From assembly GCA_964106645.2 (NCBI GenBank), contig OZ067041.1: 64,000 bases of DNA; one strand, given 5' to 3'. The notes below the pieces were generated by a model, which was given only the letters and a program-made list of their open reading frames with translations, ran no database searches and had not been told where the DNA came from. This stretch comes from Podarcis pityusensis. Taxonomy: Eukaryota. The position numbers and the translations under genes were made by a program. Of the stretch, positions 51,501-61,741 are shown in pieces; within the stretch, counting starts at the first letter, position 1; each line of letters starts with the position of its first letter.

Positions 51501-54500
51501 CGTATTAGTGTTGCTGGGCCTTGTCAGAGAAAATAGTGCCTCCATTTCCTCCCATTCTCCCAAGGAAAGACAGAAAGCCCATGAAAACTGATGTGTGGTG
51601 ATCATACATGTATCTGTTTCACTGTGGCTTCCCACAGTGTAGGTGTGTGCTCTGGGAAACTGTGCCTCGTTGTGCCTCCCAAGATGTAGACATGCTGTGA
51701 AATAGACATCAGTACAATCAACATGTGATGAAAAGCATGTTGATGAGCTTTGCAAGGCAATACATCTCACCCTAAAAGTCTCACCTACAAGTTTGGTGCT
51801 TCATTATGGAAAGTGGAACTTGTTTTGGATTCAAGAGGGAGTGGCAGCCTAAGGCTGACTAACAGTAGCTGATCAGAAAAGTTCTAAATTGTGTCCTCCT
51901 GTATGGTGTGGAACAGTACGGAATGACTATGCAGGACTCCAGCGAGAGTATCCAATGGGATTGTAAAGAGAAAAAGGACAGCAACAAGATGTTAATTAAA
52001 CCACTGTTTTAGTGTTTGACAAAGCTACAATTAAATAAACATGAGTTCTGATATAACTATCAGTTAGAAATAGTGTGTTACTAATAGCTTCTGAATCAGA
52101 CATTAACTGCATGCGTTCTCCTTTGCTGTGTAGGCTTACATGCCTCGTGGGAAAGCAGACATTTGTGGTCCAGACAAATGTGATGCATCTGCACTCTTAA
52201 ACCTTTTCAACTTCTGCGATCACTTCAGTAACATCGATCAGAAGAAAGTCAGAGAGGTAATCCAACTACCGCTATTGACATCTTTTCTTAGCAGGGTTCC
52301 ACAAACACCCTCACCAGGTTGCAATCAGTGACTGCCTCTTCCATTTGGGCAAGCATCCTGTCCTGTCTACAGAGACCTCTATCCGCCTCACAGAGCTACA
52401 GTTCCCAGAGTTGTATAACAATAAATCCCAGAGAGCCAGTGTGGTGTAGTGGTTAAGAGCGGTAGACTCGTAATCTGGTGAACCGGGTTCGCGTCTCCGC
52501 TCCTCCACATGCAGCTGCTGGGTGACCTTGGGCTAGTCACACTTCTCTGAAGTCTCTCAGCCCCACTCACCTCACAGAGTGTTTGATGTGGGGGAGGAAG
52601 GGAAAGGAGAATGTTAGCCGCTTTGAGACTCCCTAGGGTAGTGATAAAGTGGGATATCAAATCCAAACTCCTCTTCTTCTTCTCTTCCCAAGAAATCTGG
52701 AAACTGTAGCTGTGTGAGGGGAGTAGGGGCCTCCTAACAGCTCTCAGCCCCCTTAACGAACTACGGTTCCTAAGATTATTTGAGGGAAGCCATAACTGTT
52801 TAAAGTGTTATGAGACTGCTTTAAACATATAGTGCAGATGGAGCTTAAATTGTGCATGCCTACAAGTATAAAATGCAATATAATAAAGTGCTTAAGGCTG
52901 GTTATCATATAGCAGCCTCTGAGGAGGAGACAGTCGAGGAACATAACATTGGCAAAGTGTTCGCCACACGGGGCATTTCCATTCTAGTAACAACAATATG
53001 TGGCTCTGATGTGAAAACAGATCACTCAGTCAGCAACCCCTAATGCAGGGCTGTAACTTGAGGGTTGGTTTTTGCTTACCATTGCCCTACACTGAGTTTT
53101 CAGTCTACTGGTTTTGCTTCATGTTTTTATCTCTAGGTGATTAAGTGCCGCAATGAACTAATGCATTCTTCAGATATGAAAGTCTCTTCTTCCTGGCTGG
53201 AAGAATTTGGGAATCATGTTCAGAACTTGCTAACTGAATTTCAACACATTCCAGAGGCCCAGACGGCTCGTACAAGGATAGAAAAGGTAATAGTTGCCAT
53301 TCTTTCAACTTGTAGGCTGGCTGCTATTCACCTTTTTTTATTTTAGCTAGGCACAGTATTGAATATAGAAATGCAACAGTCTGTATCCAGATGGTTTGCA
53401 CTCTAAATCAAAGCTTTTGTGCTTGATCAAGGATATCTGAGGCTGTTTCATAATTTGTTGATTCAAGGTTTTTGGGTACATTGATACAATTTAGTTTTAC
53501 TCTTGAGATTACCATATCAAAAGTTTATTTTTTGGGGGGAAACAAAACAAAACAATAGTACAGCATTTTATCTGCATGTTATATAGATGGAAAGGTAAAA
53601 CTTCTGTAAGGCAGATAGCCTTGCATGGAGGCAACAGGCATTATGCTATGTGGCATTTAAAAAAAAATAATAACTGGTTAAATAATGTACCTATGTGGGA
53701 GAACACAAAAGCCAGGATACAAAATCTATTTTGGGCCCACTACTGGAATAAAAAAAAATCTTTGTTCAGCAGACTTTTATGCTGTATCACATAACCTGCT
53801 TCTGAAACTTCCCATAGTTTCAAAACAGTTCATTTGTTTTAGAAAAGAATTTAAGTAAAAAGAGATTATTTAAAAATAGAATTAGTAAATGGCAGGGACA
53901 TTGCTGCAGAGGAATAGCCAAACCACCATTTTTAAAATTCTTTTAAAGAAGTTCATTACTATGCATACCTATCTGGAAATAAGTCCCATTGAAGTTTACT
54001 TCTGAGTAGACATGCATATGATTCCACTGGGAATTGTTTAAATGTGTTCTTTTGCAGTGAAGGTATAGACTCCAAATAATGTTTTTAAATCCACAGAATG
54101 CCAGTAAGTTTCACAAACTACAGTGGTACCTCAGTTTTCGAACGTAATCCATTCCGAAAGACCATTCGAGTTCTGAAATGTTAGAAAGCCTAAAACTCAA
54201 CAGCCGACAGCTAGGCCTCAGGATCTTGCACTCAGCAGAAGCATGTTTGAAAACCAAAGCATTTACTTCCAGGTTTATGGTGTTCGAAAACTGAAATGTT
54301 TATCAACAGAGATGTTCAAAAACCGAGGTGCCACTGTACTTGGCATACCTCAGTATTGTCAAATACTGTTGCTCATCTCTAATGTCACAAACAACATTGA
54401 CTGGATCCAAAGAAATGTGTAACTAGTTTCATCTGTATTTCTCAAACAGCATCTTGTGCTTTTGGGGCTATTGAAGCCCTTAAGTGTATTATTTTGTCAA

Positions 54501-57500
54501 GAAACCCATAGCTTTTCATGTTCATTTTGTTTTTACTAAAACCCAATAGCTTCTGTCATCTGATTGGGCTGTGCATGTACCAGGGGGAGATCAGCTTGAT
54601 GGATTGGAGGGTGAAATGAATCGAAGCCAGATCAGTGAAATAGAAGCAGAACTGATAAAAGAGAGACTTCATGAAATCAGTCTTCTCGTGGAAGAACAAG
54701 GAATGATGTCAGAAGAGGTAACCTAATTTGAAAACATAAAAGCAGGCTTGCACTCATGCTTAAGAGTTTGATGCTAATAGGTCCATCTGTGTAATAAGAG
54801 CGGTGCATTTAGAGGATTCCTCAGAATTTATTGGAATAAACCTTTTCAGATGAATAGATTATTGCTTGCCCAAGGAAAGCTTGTTCCATGCAGTTGAGCT
54901 CCCAGCACCTCCATTGTATTTGTACCCTAATAGAAAACACTGCTTCGCTTTAAAATTCAACTGGAATACATTTGCCAGGGTGCTTAAAACCTACCCCTAG
55001 GGCATGGACTGATAACACACAAATATAGACATTTTGCCTCACACTAAGTGGCTTTGGGTCAAGTCAGTGCCTAGATGCCACGAGGGATCCGCATATAAGC
55101 TGGCTTGAGTGCTTTGATGGAGGAGAGGTCCTATAGAAATTACTACTCAGTGTTGAAATTTAGAATAGTGATCTCTTTTTTTCCTGTGAAGCTTCTTTCC
55201 TTCAGTTTTAGCAGATGTGTCTCTGCTCCGAGAAAGAAGCTAACTGCTCAGCCACCTTAGATCTACGTTACCTCTGGGACAGAAATAGAATCATAGTACT
55301 GGAAGGGACCTGAGGGTTCTCTAGTCCTACTCCCTGCAATGCAGGACTCCTGCTCACAGCTGTCCCTGGGTGGGCTTGAACCACCATCCTTTTGGTTGAT
55401 AACCAGATGAACTGACCCATTGCGCCACCTGTAACGGAAATGGGATAAGTCCTTTCACTGAGTAGCCCAATTGTGCACAGAGGTTCCCAAGGAAGCTGTA
55501 ACTGTACCTTCTGCCCCCCAGACAGGAGGGGGTCCAGGACAGGTTTTTTGAAGGGCAGACAGAAAGAGCACCCAGCCTACAAGGCTCTTCCCTGAGCCCA
55601 AGGTAACCTGCTTTTTTTCTCTCAGGCCCCTGATGTAGCTTGTCACAAAAGTGGTTCAGAGAGGAGAAGTCCTTTTGACTCTGGCAGAAATGTACCCAAG
55701 ACGTCAACGGCCAAATTTTACGAAGTTTATTAAGAATCAAAAAGAAAGGTAGAGGAGAAATGAAAGAGGCAGATTGTTTCTTCAAGAAAATAACAAGCAG
55801 CTTTTAGATCAAGTGTCCATCCTGTTATAGCTACTTACAGTGAGGTGAGCCATCCAGGTGTAGAACAGCAGCTTTTCCTCTACTCCTGGATGTAACTCCT
55901 CCATATGCAGATTATAGAAGACTGGGGAAATTTAGCAAACTCAAAGGGACAGATTGAGGAGAGCAGGTGGAGCTTCCATTTTATAGTTCCTTGTGTCTGC
56001 TTAGTTGTAGGTGATCAATGATGGAGAAACACGTATCTGTTAAAAACCATCCTCCCCTAGTATTTCAGTGAAAAAAGGAATTACTCATCTGTTTGCAATA
56101 CAAACAATTCCAGCTTGTGCAAGAACGTAGCGACCTGAAAGTTGACATTTGGCGTCTCTTTATTTTGTGTTCAATGAATGTAAATTATACTTATAGCACG
56201 TATGAGCCCATCAACTAGGTTTTGAGGCCCTGTGGTAAAGGTCACAAGTACTTTGAGTCTGTGAAGGCTTTGAATCTTGCACTGATCACAGAGTTGACAT
56301 TACGTAACTCCCTCCAAATGCCAACAGAGAGTTACTTAAGACGCATGATCTTGCCATTCATGAGAGAACAACCTGCTCCCCGTGATCTTGCTGGTTGAAG
56401 TGGCCTCATGCTCCCTCAACAACTATCAGTTGGTTACTTCAGAATTACCTTGCCCCCTCCCCCTGAGGTAAAGGCAGAGGAGCCTGTTGCCAGAAAAAAG
56501 AGCAGGCAGCAGCATATAGTTAAACCTGCAACATGCTTGGGAGGCAGCTACTGAAAAGCTTTTGAAGCCCACTTCAAAATATATGTATCTGAAGTGTTTC
56601 TGTCATGTATTGCCTTGGGAATTTTGTGTGCGTGTGTCTGTGGAAACATAATTAATAAATGCAACAGAATGTTTAGGGAATTAAATGCTGAATATAAGGA
56701 AATTCCATCCCCCTCTTAGTTTGTGAACTGCTTAAATCCATTTGCATAGTAATTAAATAAATGGAATCAAGTAAGTTATTCATGTATTCACTGGATATAT
56801 ATTTTTTTAACGGCGAGAACCGGAGACCACTCAGTGTCTGAACTAATGAACTCTTCTAGTATTGCGAGAGACATTGCAGTGTTCTTTTTTCCCTTCTTTG
56901 TATTGTGTTGGTTGATAGTGATGAATATAGGATGGAATGTAGTCTTATAGCTGAATGGGCTTCTTGTCCTGCCCTTTACCTGCCACTTTAGTACAGTCAG
57001 CAAAGGGCTTGCTGCCCACAATTGTGGCACAATTAATTTTTGTCCGATGCTGCATTTTCCTGTGCTTCACTGATATGCCTAACATCGCTCACTTCATTCA
57101 TTGCTCTGCTGTCAGGTAACTCGTGGCTTTTTTTTCCATATTAGCTTCCTGATTTCAGCTTTAAAGATTATATACTTCTAGCTTCAGATGAAGTGGCAAG
57201 TTCTGCAGGTAAAATAGTAAAAAGGCTTTTTTTAGAATAGAAACATTTGTCTACTGCTTTATAGAAACCTTTTTAAATTAGGAATTGCAGGTCTTGCAAG
57301 AAGCATTGGAAAGAGTGAGAAGCCAAAGACAAACCAGAGAACAGGGTTGGTGTAGCAATTTGTGTGCATTGGGTTGGCGGTGATAAGCTGAAATTCAGAT
57401 CCATCTTCTGCTATGAAACTCTCTAGGCAGTATCAAACACTTCCTTGCCTGAGATGCTTTTGGTGAGGTGGTAATAAGAACAAAATAAGATCCTGGCAAA

Positions 57501-58033
57501 GGCCCATCTAGTCCATCATCCTGTTCTCATTTCACATTTTTTACTCACAAGGTATTTCTCCCCTTCTTAGGATTTAAACAGAATACAAATTGTAAAGGAT
57601 TTCTTAAATGGCAACCATGATCTTCAAAGAAGTTTGCAGGCTGAAATGCAGAACCTAGAAGACCTCGTGCAAAAATTGTACGGCCAAAAACAATCCATGA
57701 AAGAAACCCAGGAAGTGAACGATGAGGAGACAGATGAAGGCAAGTGCATATGTTTAAAATGAAATTTGTGTTTTATCGCTCTAACAAGTCGCATAGCAAA
57801 ACTCACTGACACATTGTAAGGTGTTAGGAAAGAATACCACCTTAGGAAGGAATACCGCCTTACAGAAATCAGAATATGCAGCTTTGAGATTGCTTTTATT
57901 TGGATTGCCATGAGGCAGACCTTTGGTAAATAAGGCCAGGTGCTATTCTTAAGTATGCAAAATATGTAATGTTGTCTGTGCTTTTGTTTAATTTTTAGAT
58001 TGTCATTTAGAAAAAAGGAAGCGTACGATATGA
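44879..58033 (+). CDS. CXorf38: CXorf38 orthologue (DUF4559), whole gene span; 7 exons, about 331 aa
   Basis: [69 protein letters not shown] match vertebrate CXorf38; lies between MED14 and ATP6AP2 as in human. Confidence 0.93.
47579..48166. mobile_element. hAT-type non-autonomous element with 8-bp TSD
   Basis: Termini CAGAGCCATAGCTAGG...CCTAGCTACAGTCCTG; GCCACAAT at 47571-47578 and 48167-48174. Confidence 0.82.
47637..47966 (-). mobile_element. Sauria SINE (internal deletion) nested in a hAT MITE
   Basis: Same body as 18690-19046; B box GTTCGAATCC on minus. Confidence 0.88.
49308..49533. mobile_element. pogo/Tigger-like MITE, same family as 3229-3501
   Basis: ta|CAGTGGTACCTCGGGTTA...TAACCCGAGGTACCACTG|ta, perfect 18-bp TIR. 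Confidence 0.9.
50203..50337 (+). CDS. CXorf38: CXorf38 exon 2
   Basis: [45 protein letters not shown]; tag|...|gtaatg. Confidence 0.94.
50366..50953. mobile_element. hAT-type non-autonomous element with 8-bp TSD and nested LINE 3' fragment
   Basis: Termini CAGAGGCATAGG...CCTACACCCCTG; TATGTAAA at 50358-50365 and 50954-50961. Confidence 0.8.
52134..52256 (+). CDS. CXorf38: CXorf38 exon 3
   Basis: [41 protein letters not shown]; tag|...|gtaatc. Confidence 0.94.
52431..52686 (+). mobile_element. tRNA-derived SINE (Squam3-like) with (CTT)n tail
   Basis: A box TGGTGTAGTGG, B-box-like GGTTCGCGTCT, L2-like 3' end; interrupts an older element carrying CTACAGTTCCCAG motifs. Confidence 0.78.
53137..53286 (+). 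CDS. CXorf38: CXorf38 exon 4
   Basis: [24 protein letters not shown]...ARTRIEK; tag|...|gtaata. Confidence 0.94.
54121..54336. mobile_element. pogo/Tigger-like MITE, TA TSD
   Basis: ta|CAGTGGTACCTCAGTTTTCGAAC...GTTCAAAAACCGAGGTGCCACTG|ta. Confidence 0.85.
54550..54717 (+). CDS. CXorf38: CXorf38 exon 5
   Basis: [20 protein letters not shown]...[23 protein letters not shown]; tag|...|gtaacc. Confidence 0.92.
55285..55430 (-). mobile_element. SINE: tRNA-Asn-like head with CR1-type tail
   Basis: Minus strand GGTGGCGCAATGGGTCAG...AAGGATGGTGGTTCAAGCCCACCCAGGGAC resembles tRNA-Asn; same tail as 35891-36030. Confidence 0.72.
57571..57739 (+). CDS. CXorf38: CXorf38 exon 6
   Basis: [30 protein letters not shown]...NDEETDE; tag acceptor; probable GC donor AAG|gcaagt (read-through stops at 57762). 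Confidence 0.85.
57999..58033 (+). CDS. CXorf38: CXorf38 exon 7 (probable last coding exon)
   Basis: T-rich tract and tag acceptor; phase matches the GC donor; (D)[10 protein letters not shown]. Confidence 0.65.
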
Positions 58034-58149
58034 AGAATGTGACTCTACTGTGAAGATGTCATGCATTACCAAATAGGAAACTTGCATAATTCCACAGGAA
58101 TGCTCATTTAAAGAGCGATCCTTTTTTCAAGTTATATTGGAATTTGGAG

Positions 58150-58155
58150 AATAAA
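58150..58155 (+). terminator. Candidate proximal CXorf38 polyadenylation signal
   Basis: AATAAA 117 nt after the predicted stop. Confidence 0.4.
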
Positions 58156-58508
58156 CCTGAAGGGTCAACAGTCATTTCCTTAAAAATTCCAGTTTCCTTT
58201 GAACTGTATTATGGCTTGCTTTCAGAGGTTTAGTATTTTGCTGTCTACCCAGGACAGTTTGATTTGTTTCACCCCTGTGCAAATGTTTTGACCATACTAC
58301 TTCCTCTTGACAAATGGAACTATCAATTTTGTAATCTCTCTATTTTACATTGCACCAAATGCAATCTTAATGTGCGTAGCCCCATTAGGACATGACCCCT
58401 CCTCACTCTTTTGTTTAACACAGCCTTTTTCTCATGAAACTAAATAGTGGCTGCATTTACATGACAGTTCTTTTCCATATCCATGATGTTTCCCTGTTAA
58501 ATTCTACA

Positions 58509-58866
58509 TTAATGCAAGTCCAAGACTCAAAATTTAAATTCTTCCAAGTTCACCATGAGCAAAATCATGTGAGGATTCTTTGTATTCATTAAATAAGTTA
58601 TTATAGTCCAGCAACAATGATCATTTACTACTGTGTCTTAATGTGCTCTTTCCTAAGTGTGAAGTGGGGGGGGGGGAATTAATACACGGAGCTCCAACTT
58701 AGGGAGTAGTTGCAGCAAGCCTGACAATTAATGTTTGTCAAATACTCTAAACCTGAAAGAAATTACTTGTAAGATAGGAAAAAATCCAGTAAAGGGGCCC
58801 TTTTCACAGCAACTGAACCTGGTAAACTCGAAAGAATTTAAATTTTGAGTCTTGGACTTGCATTAA
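58509..58866. repeat. 47-bp inverted repeat pair (outer 35 bp perfect), 264-nt spacer
   Basis: 58509-58555 is the reverse complement of 58820-58866 with 3 mismatches. Confidence 0.9.
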
Positions 58867-59144
58867 CCAAATTCCTGGGCAGAGGATCAGTAGCTGTGCA
58901 GGAACACGAAAACCACCGTGAGTTATTTCAGAAAATCATTCAGGTAAGCTGAATGCCTCTGGTGTAACTGCTGGCTTTTCTCAAGTGTAAAGGGGCTAGC
59001 GTAGGGTCTTGCTCTGTTCAGAAATTTAGGATTACATTTGAATGGCCAATATAGGACTTGCATGAGTTAGTATGTTAAACAGGAGAGCAGGAGTGAGTAC
59101 CCTCGCTGAAACTGCCTGCATATAAAGGCAGAAGAACGGTAATA

Positions 59145-59489
59145 CAGTGGTACCTCGCAAGACGAATGCCTCACAAGACGAAAAACTCGCAAGACGAAAG
59201 AGTTTTTCGTTTTTTGAGTTGCTTCGCAAGACGAATTTCCCTATGGGCTTGCTTCGCAAGACGAAAAACGAAAACGTCTTGCAAGTTTGTTTCCTTTTTC
59301 TTAAAACCGTTAATACCCAGGGTGACTTCGAGGAGCAACTCATAGCACGCGGTGTGGTAGCCTTTTTTGAGGTTTTTGAAGACTTTGGTGATTTTGAAGA
59401 CTTTGGGAAACCGTGCTTCGCAAGACGAAAAATTCGCAAGACGAAAAAACTCGCAGAACGAATTAATTTCGTCTTGCGAGGCACGACTG
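59145..59489. mobile_element. pogo/Tigger-like MITE with reiterated CGCAAGACGAA motif
   Basis: ta|CAGTGGTACCTCGCAAGACGAA...TTCGTCTTGCGAGGCACGACTG|ta. Confidence 0.88.
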
Positions 59490-60641
59490 TATGAAGAAAA
59501 AGCAGGTGCTTAAGTAATAAGCCATTAGAATAACACAAATCTTGACAAGCACAAACATTTATTCCATATAAATTAGGAGGAAAAACATTGTCCTCTAATG
59601 CACACATGATCCATTTAGGGGAGAGAATGTGCTTCAATACCTGTTTCATTATCTGTTAGAGGGATGCGGTTTAGAAGGCTGATGACAGACTCTCAAAAAT
59701 TCATCCAAATCCAAGGTTTGGTCGCTTCAACATACATAACAACGAACTGCCACACTGATACAACTGTATAACATGGCATTATTTGTTAGGATCATGTCCT
59801 ATTTGATATCTCAGGTAGGACTAGGTACAAAAATGGCCTTCTCTCAGCTGTCTCGGTAAAATCACCTGCGTTTTCAAAAGGCTTCTTGCATATATCACAG
59901 CTATAAACTACAAAATCCAGTGGTCTACTCAATGCCAGTAAAAAAAGAATGGAATAGTTTGATAGTGATGAACTTGTCCAATTGGTTCCAGTGGATAACT
60001 TACTCCAATTGTGAGTCAAAAGCCTTATGTTGTCCCAGACTATGAATTACTGGAGCCCAGTTAATAAATACAGGCTCCAGAATAGAACGAAAACTTGAAT
60101 CAGTTAACAGTTGATAAAGGGCACAAGAATGCTAATGGATTTAGATATGTCTAACTCTGTGCAGTTTTCATATTACATTACTAGGTAGTTTTAATTTTAG
60201 ATTTCATTTTAGGACTGATTTGTTAGTTTTAGGATTGAAAAACAGATGCTTGATCTAGTAATAGATCTGCTGATCTGCAACAGGACTGATCAATCTTTTA
60301 ACTTATATCAAGTGGCTTATGCACCTGGTAACCATTATAGCAGGTTTTTTAGACTGGAGGACACTTAAGTTAGAAAGTAAAAGTTTCATACAGAATCTTT
60401 GTATATAAAGAATAAGTACTCTAAAGCAGAAAACATTTATGTCTACTGCTAGAGATGGAAAGATTGCACTAAAACTGGAAGTAAAGTATTCTTCATATAT
60501 CGTTTTTGCAATTGTACATATAATTTCACCTCTAAAAATGGAATTCAAGCAGCTAGTTAATGTAATCTGGGAACACACACCTATCATGTTTAACCTCAAT
60601 TGGGTTGGAAGACACAGGCCACTTAACACATTTCAGTGTAC

Positions 60642-61497
60642 ATGTTGAAGACTCTGCCCTGACAGAGACTGGAAGAAGCTGCCATGAAGAAACCTGTTGC
60701 AAGATGTGACCAACACAGACTTTTTGTGACTGAAATTCTTGAAGAAGCCATCAATATTTTTAACAGCAGCTCTGATAGTGAACCCAGTTGATGCCAAAAA
60801 TACAAGTGCAGAAGAATCACTGGGGAAAAGGATAAAGCCGGGCAATGAAAAAGCATTTATAAGCAAGATCGACAGCACTCAGAAGATGACTTCTCATCGC
60901 AAAAGGAAAAGGGCTGTATCTTCTCAGTGCCCCGCTGACAAGGTGCTTGAGAAAAATCTGGTAGAGGACAAAGTTAAGAAGAAGTTGAAAGAACTTGAAG
61001 CTAATCACCAAAAAAAGAAGGTCATTTGTAGAGCTCTACAGCTGGAAAAGGTGAAGCGAAGGAAGGAAGAAGAGGCTGAACAACAAAGGAAACAAAACTG
61101 GAGGGGGGAAACAGCAGTTGGGAAAAAAGAGTCAGAAGTGTAAAGGTCACCTTCGCAAGGCGCTGCAGGCTTGGGAGCAGATGGAAGAAGAGAACACAGC
61201 TTGAGCAAAAGCTTGCTCAGCAAGTTGGAGAAGCATGGAGAAGAAATCTACTAATACCAACAGCCATACACCCATAATAAACACTACTTGACACTAGTGT
61301 AGTATTTGAGATTGTGAAAAGTCCTCAGTTGGAAGAAATCTTCAACAGCAAGCCATGCTACTTCAAACACAACTGTCCTATAGCGCAGAACTCTCCACCA
61401 CACCCAGGTGGCAAAACATGCTCGAGAGAGAGACCACCTAGATCTCGTGTATCTGGTGTTTTTGTGCATGACAATTTTTTGTCGCTTTAAAAAATAT
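60642..61497 (+). pseudogene. INCENP: Intronless, internally deleted INCENP-like (inner centromere protein) pseudogene or retrocopy
   Basis: Across frameshifts: LQDVTNTDFL*L/EILEEAINIFNSSSDSEP/LMPKIQVQKN (N-terminal domain), LEKVKRRKEEEAEQQRKQ/HLRKALQAWEQMEEE/LEQKLAQ (SAH helix), AWRRNLLIPTAIHP**TLLDTSVVFEIVKSPQLEEIFNSKPCYFKHNCPIAQNSPP (IN-box); several stops and frameshifts. Confidence 0.8.
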
Positions 61498-61651
61498 GTT
61501 TGAAGATCCATTATTGGTTAAAACTGATTTTCTTCCTGGTAGGTCTGGCACTCTTAACTTTAATAGTTACATGCCAAACAAAATGGAAATCTTCACTGCA
61601 AGAGAAACTGAGAAGCCAAGGGTTCGCACCTCAGGCTCTGATACCCTGTGG

Positions 61652-61741
61652 CATAGCTGTCAACTTTTCCCTTTTCTTGCGAGGAATCCTATTCGGAATA
61701 TGGGAATTTCCCTTAAAAAAAGGGAAATGTTGACAGCTATG
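61652..61741. mobile_element. 90-bp hAT-type MITE with 8-bp TSD
   Basis: Perfect TIR CATAGCTGTCAAC/GTTGACAGCTATG; CCCTGTGG at 61644-61651 and 61742-61749. Confidence 0.9.

Noticed and set aside
55360-55430. tRNA-Asn gene on the minus strand
   Set aside because: Mutated anticodon arm and fused to a CR1-type tail; it is a SINE head
59145-59489. Reiterated 11-bp motif resembling a CRISPR array or CENP-B boxes
   Set aside because: Irregular spacing, both orientations, bounded by TIRs and TA TSD, eukaryotic context; only TTCG....A matches the CENP-B box, with no CGGG
59032-59649. 205-aa minus and 115-aa plus ORFs
   Set aside because: Both overlie the repetitive MITE at 59145-59489; the repeated FVLR/RKT peptides are translations of the CGCAAGACGAA motif
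60739-61143. 134-aa K/E-rich ORF as an intact novel gene
   Set aside because: Starts at TTG and covers only one frame of the frameshifted INCENP-derived sequence
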